NCBI GenBank assembly: GCA_018664825.1
Contig: JABJNO010000017.1
Location: forward strand, 50,743-114,742
DNA length: 64,000 bases
Reading direction: 5' to 3'
Origin: Candidatus Parcubacteria bacterium
GTDB lineage: Bacteria > Patescibacteriota > Patescibacteriia > UBA1558 > GWA2-36-10
Shown: positions 53,108 through 63,155 of the stretch, in pieces
How the letters are laid out: every line of letters starts with the position of its first letter
Numbering within the stretch: position 1 is the stretch's first letter
Notes under the pieces: model-generated
The model's input: only the letters and a program-made list of their open reading frames with translations
Told to the model about the DNA's origin: nothing
Database searches by the model: none
Translations under genes and position numbers: made by a program

Positions 53108-55018
53108 TTATTGTGAAAAATACCACTCCATAAACTCACGAGCCACAGTGACAGCCAAACCAGTATCCCCACCCTCTTCTACAAGTACTGTTATTACTAT
53201 TTTTGGGTCATCATATGGGGCAAATCCCGCAAACCATGAATGAGGGTCTTTATTCCTATTAAATTGGGCTGTACCAGTCTTACCAGCAACAGGTACAGAT
53301 ATTGATTGCATGCTCTGAGCAGTACCCCTGGTGACCGTCATGCGCATACCAGTCCTTATAGTATTTAAGTTATCAGATGAAACCTTATCAGTCAAAGATA
53401 TTTGGACTGGTTCATATGGATTTATTTGATCATCAACGATGGTTTCTTTGATAAAATGGGGTTGATATATTATACCATTATTTGCAAAATAAGACATAAG
53501 AGTAGCTCCTTGTAGTGGTGTAGCAGTCAAAAAGCCCTGCCCAATTGATAAGTTGTAGGTATCCCCAAGATACCAACGCTCTCCAAGGGCTTCTTCTTTC
53601 CAGGCTTTGCTGGGCAAAAAACCACTAGCCTCAGAAGACAAATCAATACCGGTTGTTTCACCAAGTCCAAATTTTTTAGAATATTCTATGATTTTATCTG
53701 CACCAAGTCCCAAGCTCAAAAAGTCATTGTTGCCACCACCGATAGAATAAAAAAATGTATTTACCGAATCAGCAATTGCCCAATAAATATCTGTCATGCC
53801 ATGTCCACTTGGTCGCCAATCAGGAAAAAACCTACCACCAACCAAAATACCCCCTGTACTATTTACCCTAAAGCTATCATCTATGATGCCTTCTTGTAAG
53901 GCGGCACTGCCTATTACTGCTTTAAATACAGAACCCAAGGGATAAGCTCCACTAACCACTCTATTGAGTAATGGATTATTTTGGTTATTTATTATATTTG
54001 AATATTCTTCTTGGTTTAATATTGTAGTAAAAATATTGTTATCATAACCAGGTAAGCTACTCATAGCCAAAACTCCACCATCAACTGGATCCAAAACTAC
54101 AGCTGCCATTTTTGGTTTTCCCCTGAGCTTAGCTTGTCTAGACATTATCTCAAAAAGTTTTTCTTGAGCTTTTGCATCAATAGTCAAAACCACATCATGT
54201 CCATCTATAGGGTCTGTCATAGACAAGATACTTTTTTCTCTAAACAAAGCATCTACCTCTATCTGCCGGACACCATCTCGACCACGCAAAGTATCTTCAT
54301 AAGTAAGTTCCAGACCATTTTTACCTATTCGATCATGAAAATTATATTTATTATTTTTCATGTCTTCTTCTGTCACAGAACTCAAGTATCCCAAACTATG
54401 CGACATACCGAGCTCAGGAAAATATTGCCTACGAGGCTCAAAGCTTACTTGAACACTAGGCTCGTTTTCTGACAAAATCATCAATTTTATCGCTGCTTCA
54501 TATTCAAGATTTTCAAAAATCAATATTTTATCTGATTCATCTTGTTTTTTTTCAATTCTATCAAGTAATTCTTGTCTTTCAATGCCCAAAGTATCTGATA
54601 ATTTATCAAAAAACACGTTTTTAGCCTCATCTTCTTGAGGAAAAGCATCAGGTACAAGGTATAAAAAGAAATAAGAGATGTTTTTTACCAATAAATCACC
54701 AAAACGATCATAGATAAGACCACGATTTGCCTTGATGACATCATTACGAATACGATTACCTTCAGCAACGCCCAAATAATAATCTCCCTTCACAATCTGT
54801 AAATAAAAAGTTCTTCCAAATAATACAAATAAAACAAAAGCAAAAATTAAAAATAATTTCCGAACTTTAGTTTCTTTAAAAAACTTACCAAGCCTTTCAG
54901 CTTTTTCTGCAATACCCAAATCTAGGTAGTCACCACTTTTTTTATCTTTGATAAAACTACCTATCTTTCCATCACGGATAGAACCTTCCTGAATTTTAAA
55001 AGGATTGTCTTTGTCCAT
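53108..55018 (-). CDS. mrdA: Penicillin-binding protein 2 (elongasome transpeptidase)
   Basis: N-terminal transmembrane helix, PBP dimerisation domain, transpeptidase motifs SVFK, SSN-like and KTGTA. Confidence 0.85.
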   Translation of the reverse strand: MDKDNPFKIQEGSIRDGKIGSFIKDKKSGDYLDLGIAEKAERLGKFFKETKVRKLFLIFAFVLFVLFGRTFYLQIVKGDYYLGVAEGNRIRNDVIKANRGLIYDRFGDLLVKNISYFFLYLVPDAFPQEDEAKNVFFDKLSDTLGIERQELLDRIEKKQDESDKILIFENLEYEAAIKLMILSENEPSVQVSFEPRRQYFPELGMSHSLGYLSSVTEEDMKNNKYNFHDRIGKNGLELTYEDTLRGRDGVRQIEVDALFREKSILSMTDPIDGHDVVLTIDAKAQEKLFEIMSRQAKLRGKPKMAAVVLDPVDGGVLAMSSLPGYDNNIFTTILNQEEYSNIINNQNNPLLNRVVSGAYPLGSVFKAVIGSAALQEGIIDDSFRVNSTGGILVGGRFFPDWRPSGHGMTDIYWAIADSVNTFFYSIGGGNNDFLSLGLGADKIIEYSKKFGLGETTGIDLSSEASGFLPSKAWKEEALGERWYLGDTYNLSIGQGFLTATPLQGATLMSYFANNGIIYQPHFIKETIVDDQINPYEPVQISLTDKVSSDNLNTIRTGMRMTVTRGTAQSMQSISVPVAGKTGTAQFNRNKDPHSWFAGFAPYDDPKIVITVLVEEGGDTGLAVTVAREFMEWYFSQ

Positions 55019-55502
55019 GCTTTCTTATCCAAAAATTATAAAATAAAACGTGTAAGATTATTACTGCTGATATATTTATCGGCAATGTTTTTAGAATATT
55101 AAATAAAATTACTTTATCAAACAGATAAATTCCCCAACCAAACAAGACGTGAGCTCCCCAAAATATCAACCAAAAAAGTACAAAGGCTAAAATTGTCAAT
55201 AATATAATTGTCAAAATATTTTTTGAAGTTAAGATAGTGAGTTGTAAAGTTTTTAGAATAAAGATTATAAATAAAAATATAAGAGCATGTAAGCCAAAAA
55301 CACCACTCAATGAATCAATAAATAATCCCGCCAGTAAAGCAAAACCATAATACAACCAATTGTTTTCAACGTTAAAATAAATCAGTAACGCAGCGATTAA
55401 AAAAGGTTGCACAAATTGCCAACCGTAGTTATATAGATTTAAAACTGTAAAAAAATAAGCAGCTATTAAATAAATTAATATTAGAAATAAATACTTTATC
55501 AT
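54996..55502 (-). CDS. mreD: Rod shape-determining protein MreD (polytopic membrane protein)
   Basis: 168 aa, five transmembrane helices, lies between mreC and the PBP2 gene. Confidence 0.55.
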   Translation of the reverse strand: MIKYLFLILIYLIAAYFFTVLNLYNYGWQFVQPFLIAALLIYFNVENNWLYYGFALLAGLFIDSLSGVFGLHALIFLFIIFILKTLQLTILTSKNILTIILLTILAFVLFWLIFWGAHVLFGWGIYLFDKVILFNILKTLPINISAVIILHVLFYNFWIRKHGQRQSF

Positions 55503-56239
55503 AAGGATGTTATTACTGCTACAAATCCCAAAGTATTATAATCAATCAATGGCGAAACAGCGGCATTTTTAAATAATTCTTCTTGAGAAAAATTTGTACT
55601 TTCGATTTTCCCAACCACCAATCCCGCTGGTATCAAGTCATCTATATCAGAACTAACTACCAAATCATTCTTTTTTATCTCCTGTTCTTGGGGAATATAG
55701 CTAAGATCCATACCGAGGCCCAGGCTACCACTCAAAACACCAGAAACCCGACGATCATCACCAACTTTTACAGCTAACTTACTAAAATTGTCAGTCAAAA
55801 GACGGACTTTGGCAGAATCAACACTAGTATCAATGACCTTACCTACTATAATGCCATTATTGACCACTACTGCCTGACCAACAGCTATATTTTGACCTAA
55901 GCCTGAATTGATAATCAATATATTACGATTGACTGGATCACGATTTATTATATTTGCCACAACAAGATTGTATTGTTTTTCTTTTTTAAAGTTCAATAAT
56001 TCTTTCAGTTGATTATTTTCTTCTTCTAGATTTTTGAGCTTATTGTTTTCTACCAAAAGATCCTTGTATTGCTCTTGGAGTTCTGGACTTGGATCCAATA
56101 GACTATTGACTGTTTTATTTGTATAGATAGTATTTCTAAATATAAAACCCAAATCAAAAATTTGTCCGTTTTTGAAAAGGATAAATAAAAAAACTACCAC
56201 AATAAATAGAAAAAAAATTCTTAAGTTATCTTTTAGCAT
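55499..56239 (-). CDS. mreC: Rod shape-determining protein MreC
   Basis: N-terminal transmembrane helix, coiled coil, and beta-domains carrying the GxxVV..G.(I/V)VG(K/R)V motifs. Confidence 0.8.
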   Translation of the reverse strand: MLKDNLRIFFLFIVVVFLFILFKNGQIFDLGFIFRNTIYTNKTVNSLLDPSPELQEQYKDLLVENNKLKNLEEENNQLKELLNFKKEKQYNLVVANIINRDPVNRNILIINSGLGQNIAVGQAVVVNNGIIVGKVIDTSVDSAKVRLLTDNFSKLAVKVGDDRRVSGVLSGSLGLGMDLSYIPQEQEIKKNDLVVSSDIDDLIPAGLVVGKIESTNFSQEELFKNAAVSPLIDYNTLGFVAVITSL

Positions 56240-56252
56240 ATAATTGGTCTAT

Positions 56253-57296
56253 TTACATGTCTTTGGTAGACGGCAACAATATATCTTTTAGGTTATCTAT
56301 CTCGTCCAATACTTTGCCGGTACCACGGACAACTGCAGTCAATGGTTCGTCGGTGATATGTACGGGCATTTTTGTTTCTTGAGATATTAGCTCATCTAGT
56401 CCACGCAACAATGCTCCGCCGCCAGTCAGCACCATACCCTTTTCGTACAAGTCAGAAACTAGCTCTGGAGGAGTATTTTCAATGGTAGATTTTATATTTT
56501 CTACTATCAACTTGATTGGTTTGGCAATAGACTCTCTGATATTGGCATCCGTGATCTCAACTTGCTTTGGTAGCCCAGTCAATAAGTCTCTACCACGCAT
56601 TATGGCTTCTATTGGTTCTTTCAAAGGAATTACAGAACCTATTTGCATTTTTATTTTTTCAGCAGTCATTTCACCCAACAAAATATTGAATTTGTCGCGA
56701 GCATATTGGATGATTGATTCATTTAGTTTGTCCCCTGCTAGTTTCAATGATTTCCAAGAAACAACACCACCAAGAGATATCACGGCAATTTCTGTAGTAC
56801 CCCCACCAATATCTACTATCATACTTCCAGTTGCCTCTTGGATCGGTAATCCAGCCCCAATAGCAGAAGCCATTGGCTCTTCTATAAGTAATACCTGAGA
56901 AGCACCAGCGCCCATGACAGCATCTTCGACGGCCTTTCTTTCTACTTCTGTCACATCAAGTGGGATAGCAATCACTACTCTAGGACGTGGCATAAAAGTA
57001 AAAGAATCTCGGTGAACTTTTTCTATAAAATGCTTGATCATTTTTTCTGAAATTTCAAAATCAGAAATCACACCATCGATAAGTGGTCTACTAACAGTAA
57101 TGTGTTGAGGAGTTTTTCCGAGCATGATTTTTGCGTCTTCACCAATCGCTACAATTTTTTCTGTACGATTATTGATAGCAACTACTGAGGGCTCGTTTAT
57201 GACAATACCTTGGTCTTTTACATAAACCAAAGTATTGGCAGTCCCCAAATCCATACCTATGTCTTTTGAAAAATTTTTAAAAACTTTTTTAAACAT
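56253..57296 (-). CDS. mreB: Rod shape-determining protein MreB
   Basis: GMDLGTANTLVYV, DIGGGTTEIAVISLGG; lies upstream of mreCD. Confidence 0.9.
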   Translation of the reverse strand: MFKKVFKNFSKDIGMDLGTANTLVYVKDQGIVINEPSVVAINNRTEKIVAIGEDAKIMLGKTPQHITVSRPLIDGVISDFEISEKMIKHFIEKVHRDSFTFMPRPRVVIAIPLDVTEVERKAVEDAVMGAGASQVLLIEEPMASAIGAGLPIQEATGSMIVDIGGGTTEIAVISLGGVVSWKSLKLAGDKLNESIIQYARDKFNILLGEMTAEKIKMQIGSVIPLKEPIEAIMRGRDLLTGLPKQVEITDANIRESIAKPIKLIVENIKSTIENTPPELVSDLYEKGMVLTGGGALLRGLDELISQETKMPVHITDEPLTAVVRGTGKVLDEIDNLKDILLPSTKDM

Positions 57297-58540
57297 TATT
57301 TATAGAATTCCTTTAGCTTTTTATCAACATTGTCCAAGCTTGCCATTTCTTTTTTGTGATCAGCTCGAGCAACTAGTTCTAAATCTTCATTTTTGTCGCT
57401 GACTATGAGCTGCCAACAGATACCTAGTAGGTCAGCATCTTTAAATTTTTTACCAAAAGAGATATCTCTCTCGTCGTACAAAACATCCCAACCTAAATCA
57501 GTCAATTTTTGGTATATTTCATCAGCTCTTTTACTTGTTTTATCAGTTTTTGCTAAATTAAGCAAATGTATATGATATGGGCTTGTGGCCGCTGTCCAGA
57601 CGATACCATCCTTGTCATGACTAGCCTCTACAACAGTACCCATCACCCTACCTAGGCCAATACCATAAGAGCCCATCAAGACGTCATTTTTCTTGCCCTC
57701 TTTGTCAGTATATTGAAGTCCTAATGCAGATGAATACTTTGTACCTAGGCGGAAAATATTGCCAGCTTCAACAGTTTTTTCTTCAATTACTTTTTCTCCG
57801 CATTTTGGACATTTTTCACCATTTTTGACTTGGGCAATTTCTTTGTTTTGAGCCCAAGCACATTTTTTGCATAAAATAGTAATATCTTCCCCAGCTTCGG
57901 TAATTACCATAAACTCATGAGAAAATTCTTTACTCATAGAACCACCAGAAGCTTCTACTGAAAATGCTTCTAATCCAAGACGTTTGTAAATCTTTAAATA
58001 AGCATCATGACAAACCATATAAAATTTATCCAGATCTTCTTGATTGGTATGAAAACTATACAAATCTTTCATAGAAAATTCACGACCACGTAATAGTCCA
58101 GACTTGGCTCTTTTTTCATTACGAAATTTGTCTTGAATTTGATAGACAAACATTGGTAAATCTTTGTAAGAATTTATTTGCTGTCTAGCTATTTCGGTGA
58201 CAACTTCTTCGTGTGTAGTAGCTAGCCCTACTTCGCTACCATGGCCATCTTTGAATTGGTACATAATGTCAGCCATTTCATCCCAACGACCAGTTTTTTG
58301 CCAAAGTTCTTTTGGTTGAAGAGCTGTCATCAGCATTTCTTGACCATCTATAGCATCCATTTCTTCACGGATTACATTTTCAACTTTACGGAAAACTCTC
58401 AAACCCAATGGTAGATAATTGTAAACTCCGGCCATATGTTTTTCTATATAGCCTGCCTTGGTAAGTAACTCGGCATTGATACTTTTTTCGTCTTTACTCA
58501 CCTCTTTTCGAGTTTTGCCAAATAATTTTGATTGTTTCAT
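57296..58540 (-). CDS. proS: Proline--tRNA ligase (compact bacterial type without the INS editing domain; contains a Cys4 insertion)
   Basis: Class II motifs (FRNEKRAKSGLLRGREFSMKDLYSF), a C-terminal anticodon-binding domain, and CKKCAWAQ...CPKCGEK. Confidence 0.85.
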   Translation of the reverse strand: MKQSKLFGKTRKEVSKDEKSINAELLTKAGYIEKHMAGVYNYLPLGLRVFRKVENVIREEMDAIDGQEMLMTALQPKELWQKTGRWDEMADIMYQFKDGHGSEVGLATTHEEVVTEIARQQINSYKDLPMFVYQIQDKFRNEKRAKSGLLRGREFSMKDLYSFHTNQEDLDKFYMVCHDAYLKIYKRLGLEAFSVEASGGSMSKEFSHEFMVITEAGEDITILCKKCAWAQNKEIAQVKNGEKCPKCGEKVIEEKTVEAGNIFRLGTKYSSALGLQYTDKEGKKNDVLMGSYGIGLGRVMGTVVEASHDKDGIVWTAATSPYHIHLLNLAKTDKTSKRADEIYQKLTDLGWDVLYDERDISFGKKFKDADLLGICWQLIVSDKNEDLELVARADHKKEMASLDNVDKKLKEFYK

Positions 58541-58543
58541 ATA

Positions 58544-58828
58544 TTAAGTGTTTAATAAACTAATTATGCGTTGCTTTTCTTGTTCCAACAATTCGCCATC
58601 ATAATCACCGCTATGAGCTGTATGACTTTCATAACAAGCTGCTTTTTGATCAAGGTGGATAGAAACTTGTAGTCCTTCATCGCGCTGATTTAAATAAACA
58701 TGGAATCGCGGGAATTCTCCATTACTAAGCCTCTTTGCATAACTATCTTTATTTCTATGAGGATGATAACCCAAGCGCCTCATCAAGTGCAATGGATTAC
58801 CACTTGTATTTTGTAAAACAAATTTCAT
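58544..58828 (-). CDS. Hypothetical small protein
   Basis: 94 aa, His-rich, no family recognised. Confidence 0.4.
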   Translation of the reverse strand: MKFVLQNTSGNPLHLMRRLGYHPHRNKDSYAKRLSNGEFPRFHVYLNQRDEGLQVSIHLDQKAACYESHTAHSGDYDGELLEQEKQRIISLLNT

Positions 58829-59931
58829 TAAAACATATTTTTAAATGATTCCCAAATACCACCGCCATATTTTGCAACATCACGGAAGGTCACTACCAAA
58901 AATAATAGCATCAAGAGTATGAAACCACTATTGTGAATCCAATTTTCTATACTTGGTTTTACTTTTTTACGAGTAATACCCTCTAAGGCAATAAATATAA
59001 ATCTACCACCATCTAGCGCTGGGAATGGTAAAAAGTTTATAACACCTAGGTTGATAGAAAGTACGGCAATAAATTGAATAATAAATACAAAGCCCATTCG
59101 CACCATCTGTCCTGTAATAACAGCCACACCTACTGGACCAGAAAACTCTGGAGCCATATGCTTGTTCACTACCAAGTCATGTATCATCAATCCAAAGGCT
59201 TCTATAATTCGCCATATCAAGATACCTGTAGTGCGTAATCCTTGCCAGATACTTTGGAAAAATCCATAGTCTATGACACCCGTATCTACCATACCAACGC
59301 CTACAATCCAATCATCTTGTTCTTGGTTATAGCGTGGTGTCACTTTTATGTCCTGTTTGTCACCACGTCGATTTATACTTAGCTCAATTTCTTCTTCACC
59401 TATATCTTGAATTTTGTAGTATAGGTCATCTGAATTTGCGATTGGCTGACCGTTGAGACCGATCAATTCATCACCAACCATGATTTCTTTCATAAAAGCT
59501 GGACTATCTTCCAACACTTCTACTACCACTATACTATGTTGCGTGTAGCTATCCGCAGGCGTATCTTTTTCTATGGCCTGTGGTAAGCCAAAATAAAATG
59601 CAAATGATAAGAAAATAAAAGCCAAGAAAAAATTCATAACTACACCAGCAGAAACTATCAAGGCTCTTTTCCAAACTGGTTGTACAGAAAAACTATGAGG
59701 ATCTTCTTTATGATCCCCAGATTCACCCTTTATCTTTACATAACCACCAAGTGGTATCCAGCCAATCGAATATTTGATGCCCTTGCGGGTAAAACTAAAC
59801 ATTCTAGGTGGAAAACCTATAGAAAATTCTTCTACAGCCACTCCTAGCTTGATTGCAGTGATAAAGTGTCCTAATTCATGTACGAGGATTAATAATCCCA
59901 GTACTAATATAAAAGATATTATTGTTAACAT
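58828..59931 (-). CDS. rseP: RIP metalloprotease RseP (site-2 protease, M50 with PDZ)
   Basis: HELGHF zinc motif within transmembrane helix 1, a PDZ domain, and the LDG motif (LDGGRF). Confidence 0.85.
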   Translation of the reverse strand: MLTIISFILVLGLLILVHELGHFITAIKLGVAVEEFSIGFPPRMFSFTRKGIKYSIGWIPLGGYVKIKGESGDHKEDPHSFSVQPVWKRALIVSAGVVMNFFLAFIFLSFAFYFGLPQAIEKDTPADSYTQHSIVVVEVLEDSPAFMKEIMVGDELIGLNGQPIANSDDLYYKIQDIGEEEIELSINRRGDKQDIKVTPRYNQEQDDWIVGVGMVDTGVIDYGFFQSIWQGLRTTGILIWRIIEAFGLMIHDLVVNKHMAPEFSGPVGVAVITGQMVRMGFVFIIQFIAVLSINLGVINFLPFPALDGGRFIFIALEGITRKKVKPSIENWIHNSGFILLMLLFLVVTFRDVAKYGGGIWESFKNMF

Positions 59932-60486
59932 TTAGATTGTCATTACTTCTTTTTCTTTTTCGTCGCTAATTAATTTGATTTTGTCGTTGTACTCCTTGGT
60001 CAAAACATCTAGGTCTTTCAGGGCTTGGAATCTATCATCTTCTGTTATTTCCTTTGCCTTTTCCAAAGACATTACCTCTTCTTTTATCTTTTCTCGCTGT
60101 GACCGTAAAGTTATGCGTGAGTCCTCTGCTTTTTTGTGCAAACTTTTGACCAATTCCTTTCTTGATTCTTCTGTCAAAGGAGGAAAGTTCAAACGAACCA
60201 CTTCACCATCTACAACTGGATTTACATTTAGGTCAGAAGCAGATAGAGCTTTTTCAATATCTTTGAGAATACTCTTGTCCCACGGCTTGATTGTGATACT
60301 TTGTGGTTCAGGACTAGTGATTGAGGCCAGCTGCATCAATTCGGTGGTTGCTCCATATGATTCTACTCCAATACCTTCTACAATACTCGGAGAAATCCTA
60401 CCAGTTCGCAGAGAGGTGATATCTTGTTGAAAAAACTCCAAGGTTTTTTCGTAATGTTCTTTATTTTTTTCTATAACAGCATGCAT
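59932..60486 (-). CDS. frr: Ribosome recycling factor
   Basis: 184 aa with RRF family conservation throughout. Confidence 0.9.
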   Translation of the reverse strand: MHAVIEKNKEHYEKTLEFFQQDITSLRTGRISPSIVEGIGVESYGATTELMQLASITSPEPQSITIKPWDKSILKDIEKALSASDLNVNPVVDGEVVRLNFPPLTEESRKELVKSLHKKAEDSRITLRSQREKIKEEVMSLEKAKEITEDDRFQALKDLDVLTKEYNDKIKLISDEKEKEVMTI

Positions 60487-60500
60487 ATTAAAATTGTTAA

Positions 60501-61658
60501 TTATTTTTCTATTCTCAATGCACCAAGGTACAAAAATCTATTGTCTGATGAAAATTCTAAACTTCTAGCAACATGAGTAGTTGGCAATGAGTCTATGGTC
60601 CAATTTTGCCCATTGTCTATAGAGTGATACAAGGCATTGCCAGAACCATAAAATATCTCGTTGGTGTTGCCTGGATTTACGGCTACAGAATATATAGTCT
60701 CTTGCCTATCTCGTGTAAGTAACCTTACTTGCTGCCAAACATTATCTTCATTCAATCTAAACAATCCTACCCTATTGGCATAAATAATACCATCATCTAC
60801 ACTAAAATCTTGATTAAATGTAATCACTGTTTCTGAACCACGAATATCTCGTAAGGTAGCATTTTCTGCATTGACGACAATGTCAGGAAAATTGTATGAC
60901 TCTCGTACACCAGCCTCAGTAGTACCTTCTTGAGCATTTACATGCAAGTCCAATAAATTTTGCCAGTTTTCACCGCTATTTTTGGACTTATGAATACCAG
61001 TACTTGCGGTAACTACATACATCACTTCATCGTCATAATGATTTTGGACTACTATATCCAAAATTTTATTGTTGAACATATGCAATACTTTCCAGCTTAT
61101 GCCTCCGTCTTCACTACGCAACAAGTCTCCAATAGAATTACCAGCAAACACAATATTTGTATTGTCGCCCTTGATAGCCAATGAGGTAATAAACACACCA
61201 GCTCTCGGCTCAAAATAAAGTCTTTCCCATTTTCTAGAACAATCAGTTGTCTTATAGATCTCAGTGTGAGCTGCAGCAAAAAGCGTACATTTGTCCTTTG
61301 GATCTACCTGAACTGAGTTGATAGTACCTTTTCCAGTCAATGTCCTAAACCATCCATTACCATAATTGTAGCTATAAAAAATACCATCGTGTTGAGATCC
61401 TAAATATACCGCCGCTGGATCTTGGGCATCAAAAGATATATTCAAAATATTAGAAGCATTAAAATTTGTAACCTCACCACCAGGTGTGTACATAGTAGTG
61501 ACATGTTTCCAGGTAACCGCCTTGTCATTACTTCGGAAAAATCCACCAAAATTACCAGCAGTCTTATCACTTTTTATACTGATACATCCACTCAAAAATA
61601 TTGGCAGCACCAGTATCAGAGCGATTACTTTGAATTTGTTAAGTTTTTGTTTTAGCAT
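60501..61658 (-). CDS. Lipoprotein with BNR/Asp-box repeats (beta-propeller, Ycf48-like)
   Basis: Lipobox LSGC; Asp-boxes SEDGGISW, SKNSGENW, SIDNGQNW, SNDKAVTW. Confidence 0.6.
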   Translation of the reverse strand: MLKQKLNKFKVIALILVLPIFLSGCISIKSDKTAGNFGGFFRSNDKAVTWKHVTTMYTPGGEVTNFNASNILNISFDAQDPAAVYLGSQHDGIFYSYNYGNGWFRTLTGKGTINSVQVDPKDKCTLFAAAHTEIYKTTDCSRKWERLYFEPRAGVFITSLAIKGDNTNIVFAGNSIGDLLRSEDGGISWKVLHMFNNKILDIVVQNHYDDEVMYVVTASTGIHKSKNSGENWQNLLDLHVNAQEGTTEAGVRESYNFPDIVVNAENATLRDIRGSETVITFNQDFSVDDGIIYANRVGLFRLNEDNVWQQVRLLTRDRQETIYSVAVNPGNTNEIFYGSGNALYHSIDNGQNWTIDSLPTTHVARSLEFSSDNRFLYLGALRIEK

Positions 61659-61659
61659 A

Positions 61660-62733
61660 CTATTTTAGACTTAAGAGTAAATTTTCCCACAAAAGTTGTG
61701 GCGAAATATTGTATTTTAATTTATTTTTTATTTTATTCAACGATAATAGGTTTTTAAGCAATTTTTCTTCGCTAAAGCTAGCAGATAAATCAACTAGCTG
61801 ATCTTTGTACATTTCGTTTACAATCGGCCTATCAAGCTTTATCCATAACAAATCTCTCAAAAATACTTCCATCAAATCAAGGTATTGCTTGGTCAGGATC
61901 CCTAGTTCATATACTTTGTAGCCAGGATATTCTTTTTTTAAAACAGCAAACCATTTATCAACTGCCTGCATAAAGTGAAAGGTATTACTAGATAATAATT
62001 TTAAAATAAAGTTTGAGCTTTTTTTAAAATTTTCTAAATCATCATCCATCATCCGCAGGGCTAATCCAGGTCTTCCAAAAGATAAATTTATGATTGTTTC
62101 TTTTTCTTCGGGTGTCAATTTATAATTGCTCAACCAAGCTTCCATGTCTTGACGACGTAAGCTTTGAAATTTTAGCAATTGAGCACGAGAAATGACAGTG
62201 GCTGGTAAATTTACTATGGAGTCGGCCAACAAAATAATAGTAGTATTAGCTGGTGGTTCTTCCAAGGTTTTCAAAAGTGCGTTGGCACTATGAATATTTA
62301 TGGTTTCTGTATTGTAAATAATTGCCAATTTATGATCTGCGTTTATTTTTGATAAAGATAAATTACGCAAAAATTCACGAATATTTTCAGCATTGAGCTC
62401 TTCTCGACTACCTATCTTATAAAAATCTAAAAAAGTATTTTTTTCAATCATACGACAATGATAACACTTGTCGCATGGTTTTTGCTTGGCGTCCTGACAA
62501 AATAGGCTTTTAGCAAAATAATGAGCTATAGTTTTTTTCCCTAGACCACTAGGACCATAAAATAAATAAGTATTAGCCAATTTGTCTTGGCTAATGGTTT
62601 CTTGTAAAAATTTTAACTGGTTTTGATGACCATAAATTGGCCATTTAAAATCATATAACATCATACTTAAAATACCATTTTTGCAGCTAAAAATCAATCC
62701 CATGCTCTTTTGTGGATAAAATAAAAAACTCAC
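61660..62733 (-). CDS. holB: DNA polymerase III subunit delta'
   Basis: YLFYGPSGLGKKT, a Zn module CQD...CDKCYHC, SRC-like (SRAQ); the true start is probably the internal Met (MMLYDF). Confidence 0.8.
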   Translation of the reverse strand: MSFLFYPQKSMGLIFSCKNGILSMMLYDFKWPIYGHQNQLKFLQETISQDKLANTYLFYGPSGLGKKTIAHYFAKSLFCQDAKQKPCDKCYHCRMIEKNTFLDFYKIGSREELNAENIREFLRNLSLSKINADHKLAIIYNTETINIHSANALLKTLEEPPANTTIILLADSIVNLPATVISRAQLLKFQSLRRQDMEAWLSNYKLTPEEKETIINLSFGRPGLALRMMDDDLENFKKSSNFILKLLSSNTFHFMQAVDKWFAVLKKEYPGYKVYELGILTKQYLDLMEVFLRDLLWIKLDRPIVNEMYKDQLVDLSASFSEEKLLKNLLSLNKIKNKLKYNISPQLLWENLLLSLK

Positions 62734-62759
62734 CTATAAAAAGGTGAATTTTGGGGGCT

Positions 62760-63155
62760 TTATCGATTATCCAAAGCTTTATTTACCAAGGCATCAGCTT
62801 CTTTGTTTTTTTCTCGACGAACATGGGTAAAGGTAATATGTTTAAATTTCACGGTCAAATTCCAAACCTTTACAAAAAGCTTGGCCAATTCTTTGTCTTT
62901 TACTTTGTATCTTTTGTTTAGTTGTTCTACTATCAGCTGACTATCCAAAAAACAATCCAGTTCCAAAATATTTTTTTCTAAAGCAAGCTCCACACCCCGA
63001 AGGATTGCCCTGTACTCTGCTTGATTGTTGGTGGCCTCCCCTATGTATTCAGAAAAATTTGCGAATTCAGTATCACCATCATACAAAACTCCACCGATGG
63101 CTGCTGGGCCTGGGTTGTTTCTAGCTCCACCATCTGTAAAAAGTCTATGACTCAT
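62760..63155 (-). CDS. RNase H-like (RNase HI family) protein
   Basis: TDGGARNNPGPAAIG...NNQAEYRA...DSQLIV, i.e. the DEDD residues in RNase H order. Confidence 0.7.
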   Translation of the reverse strand: MSHRLFTDGGARNNPGPAAIGGVLYDGDTEFANFSEYIGEATNNQAEYRAILRGVELALEKNILELDCFLDSQLIVEQLNKRYKVKDKELAKLFVKVWNLTVKFKHITFTHVRREKNKEADALVNKALDNR

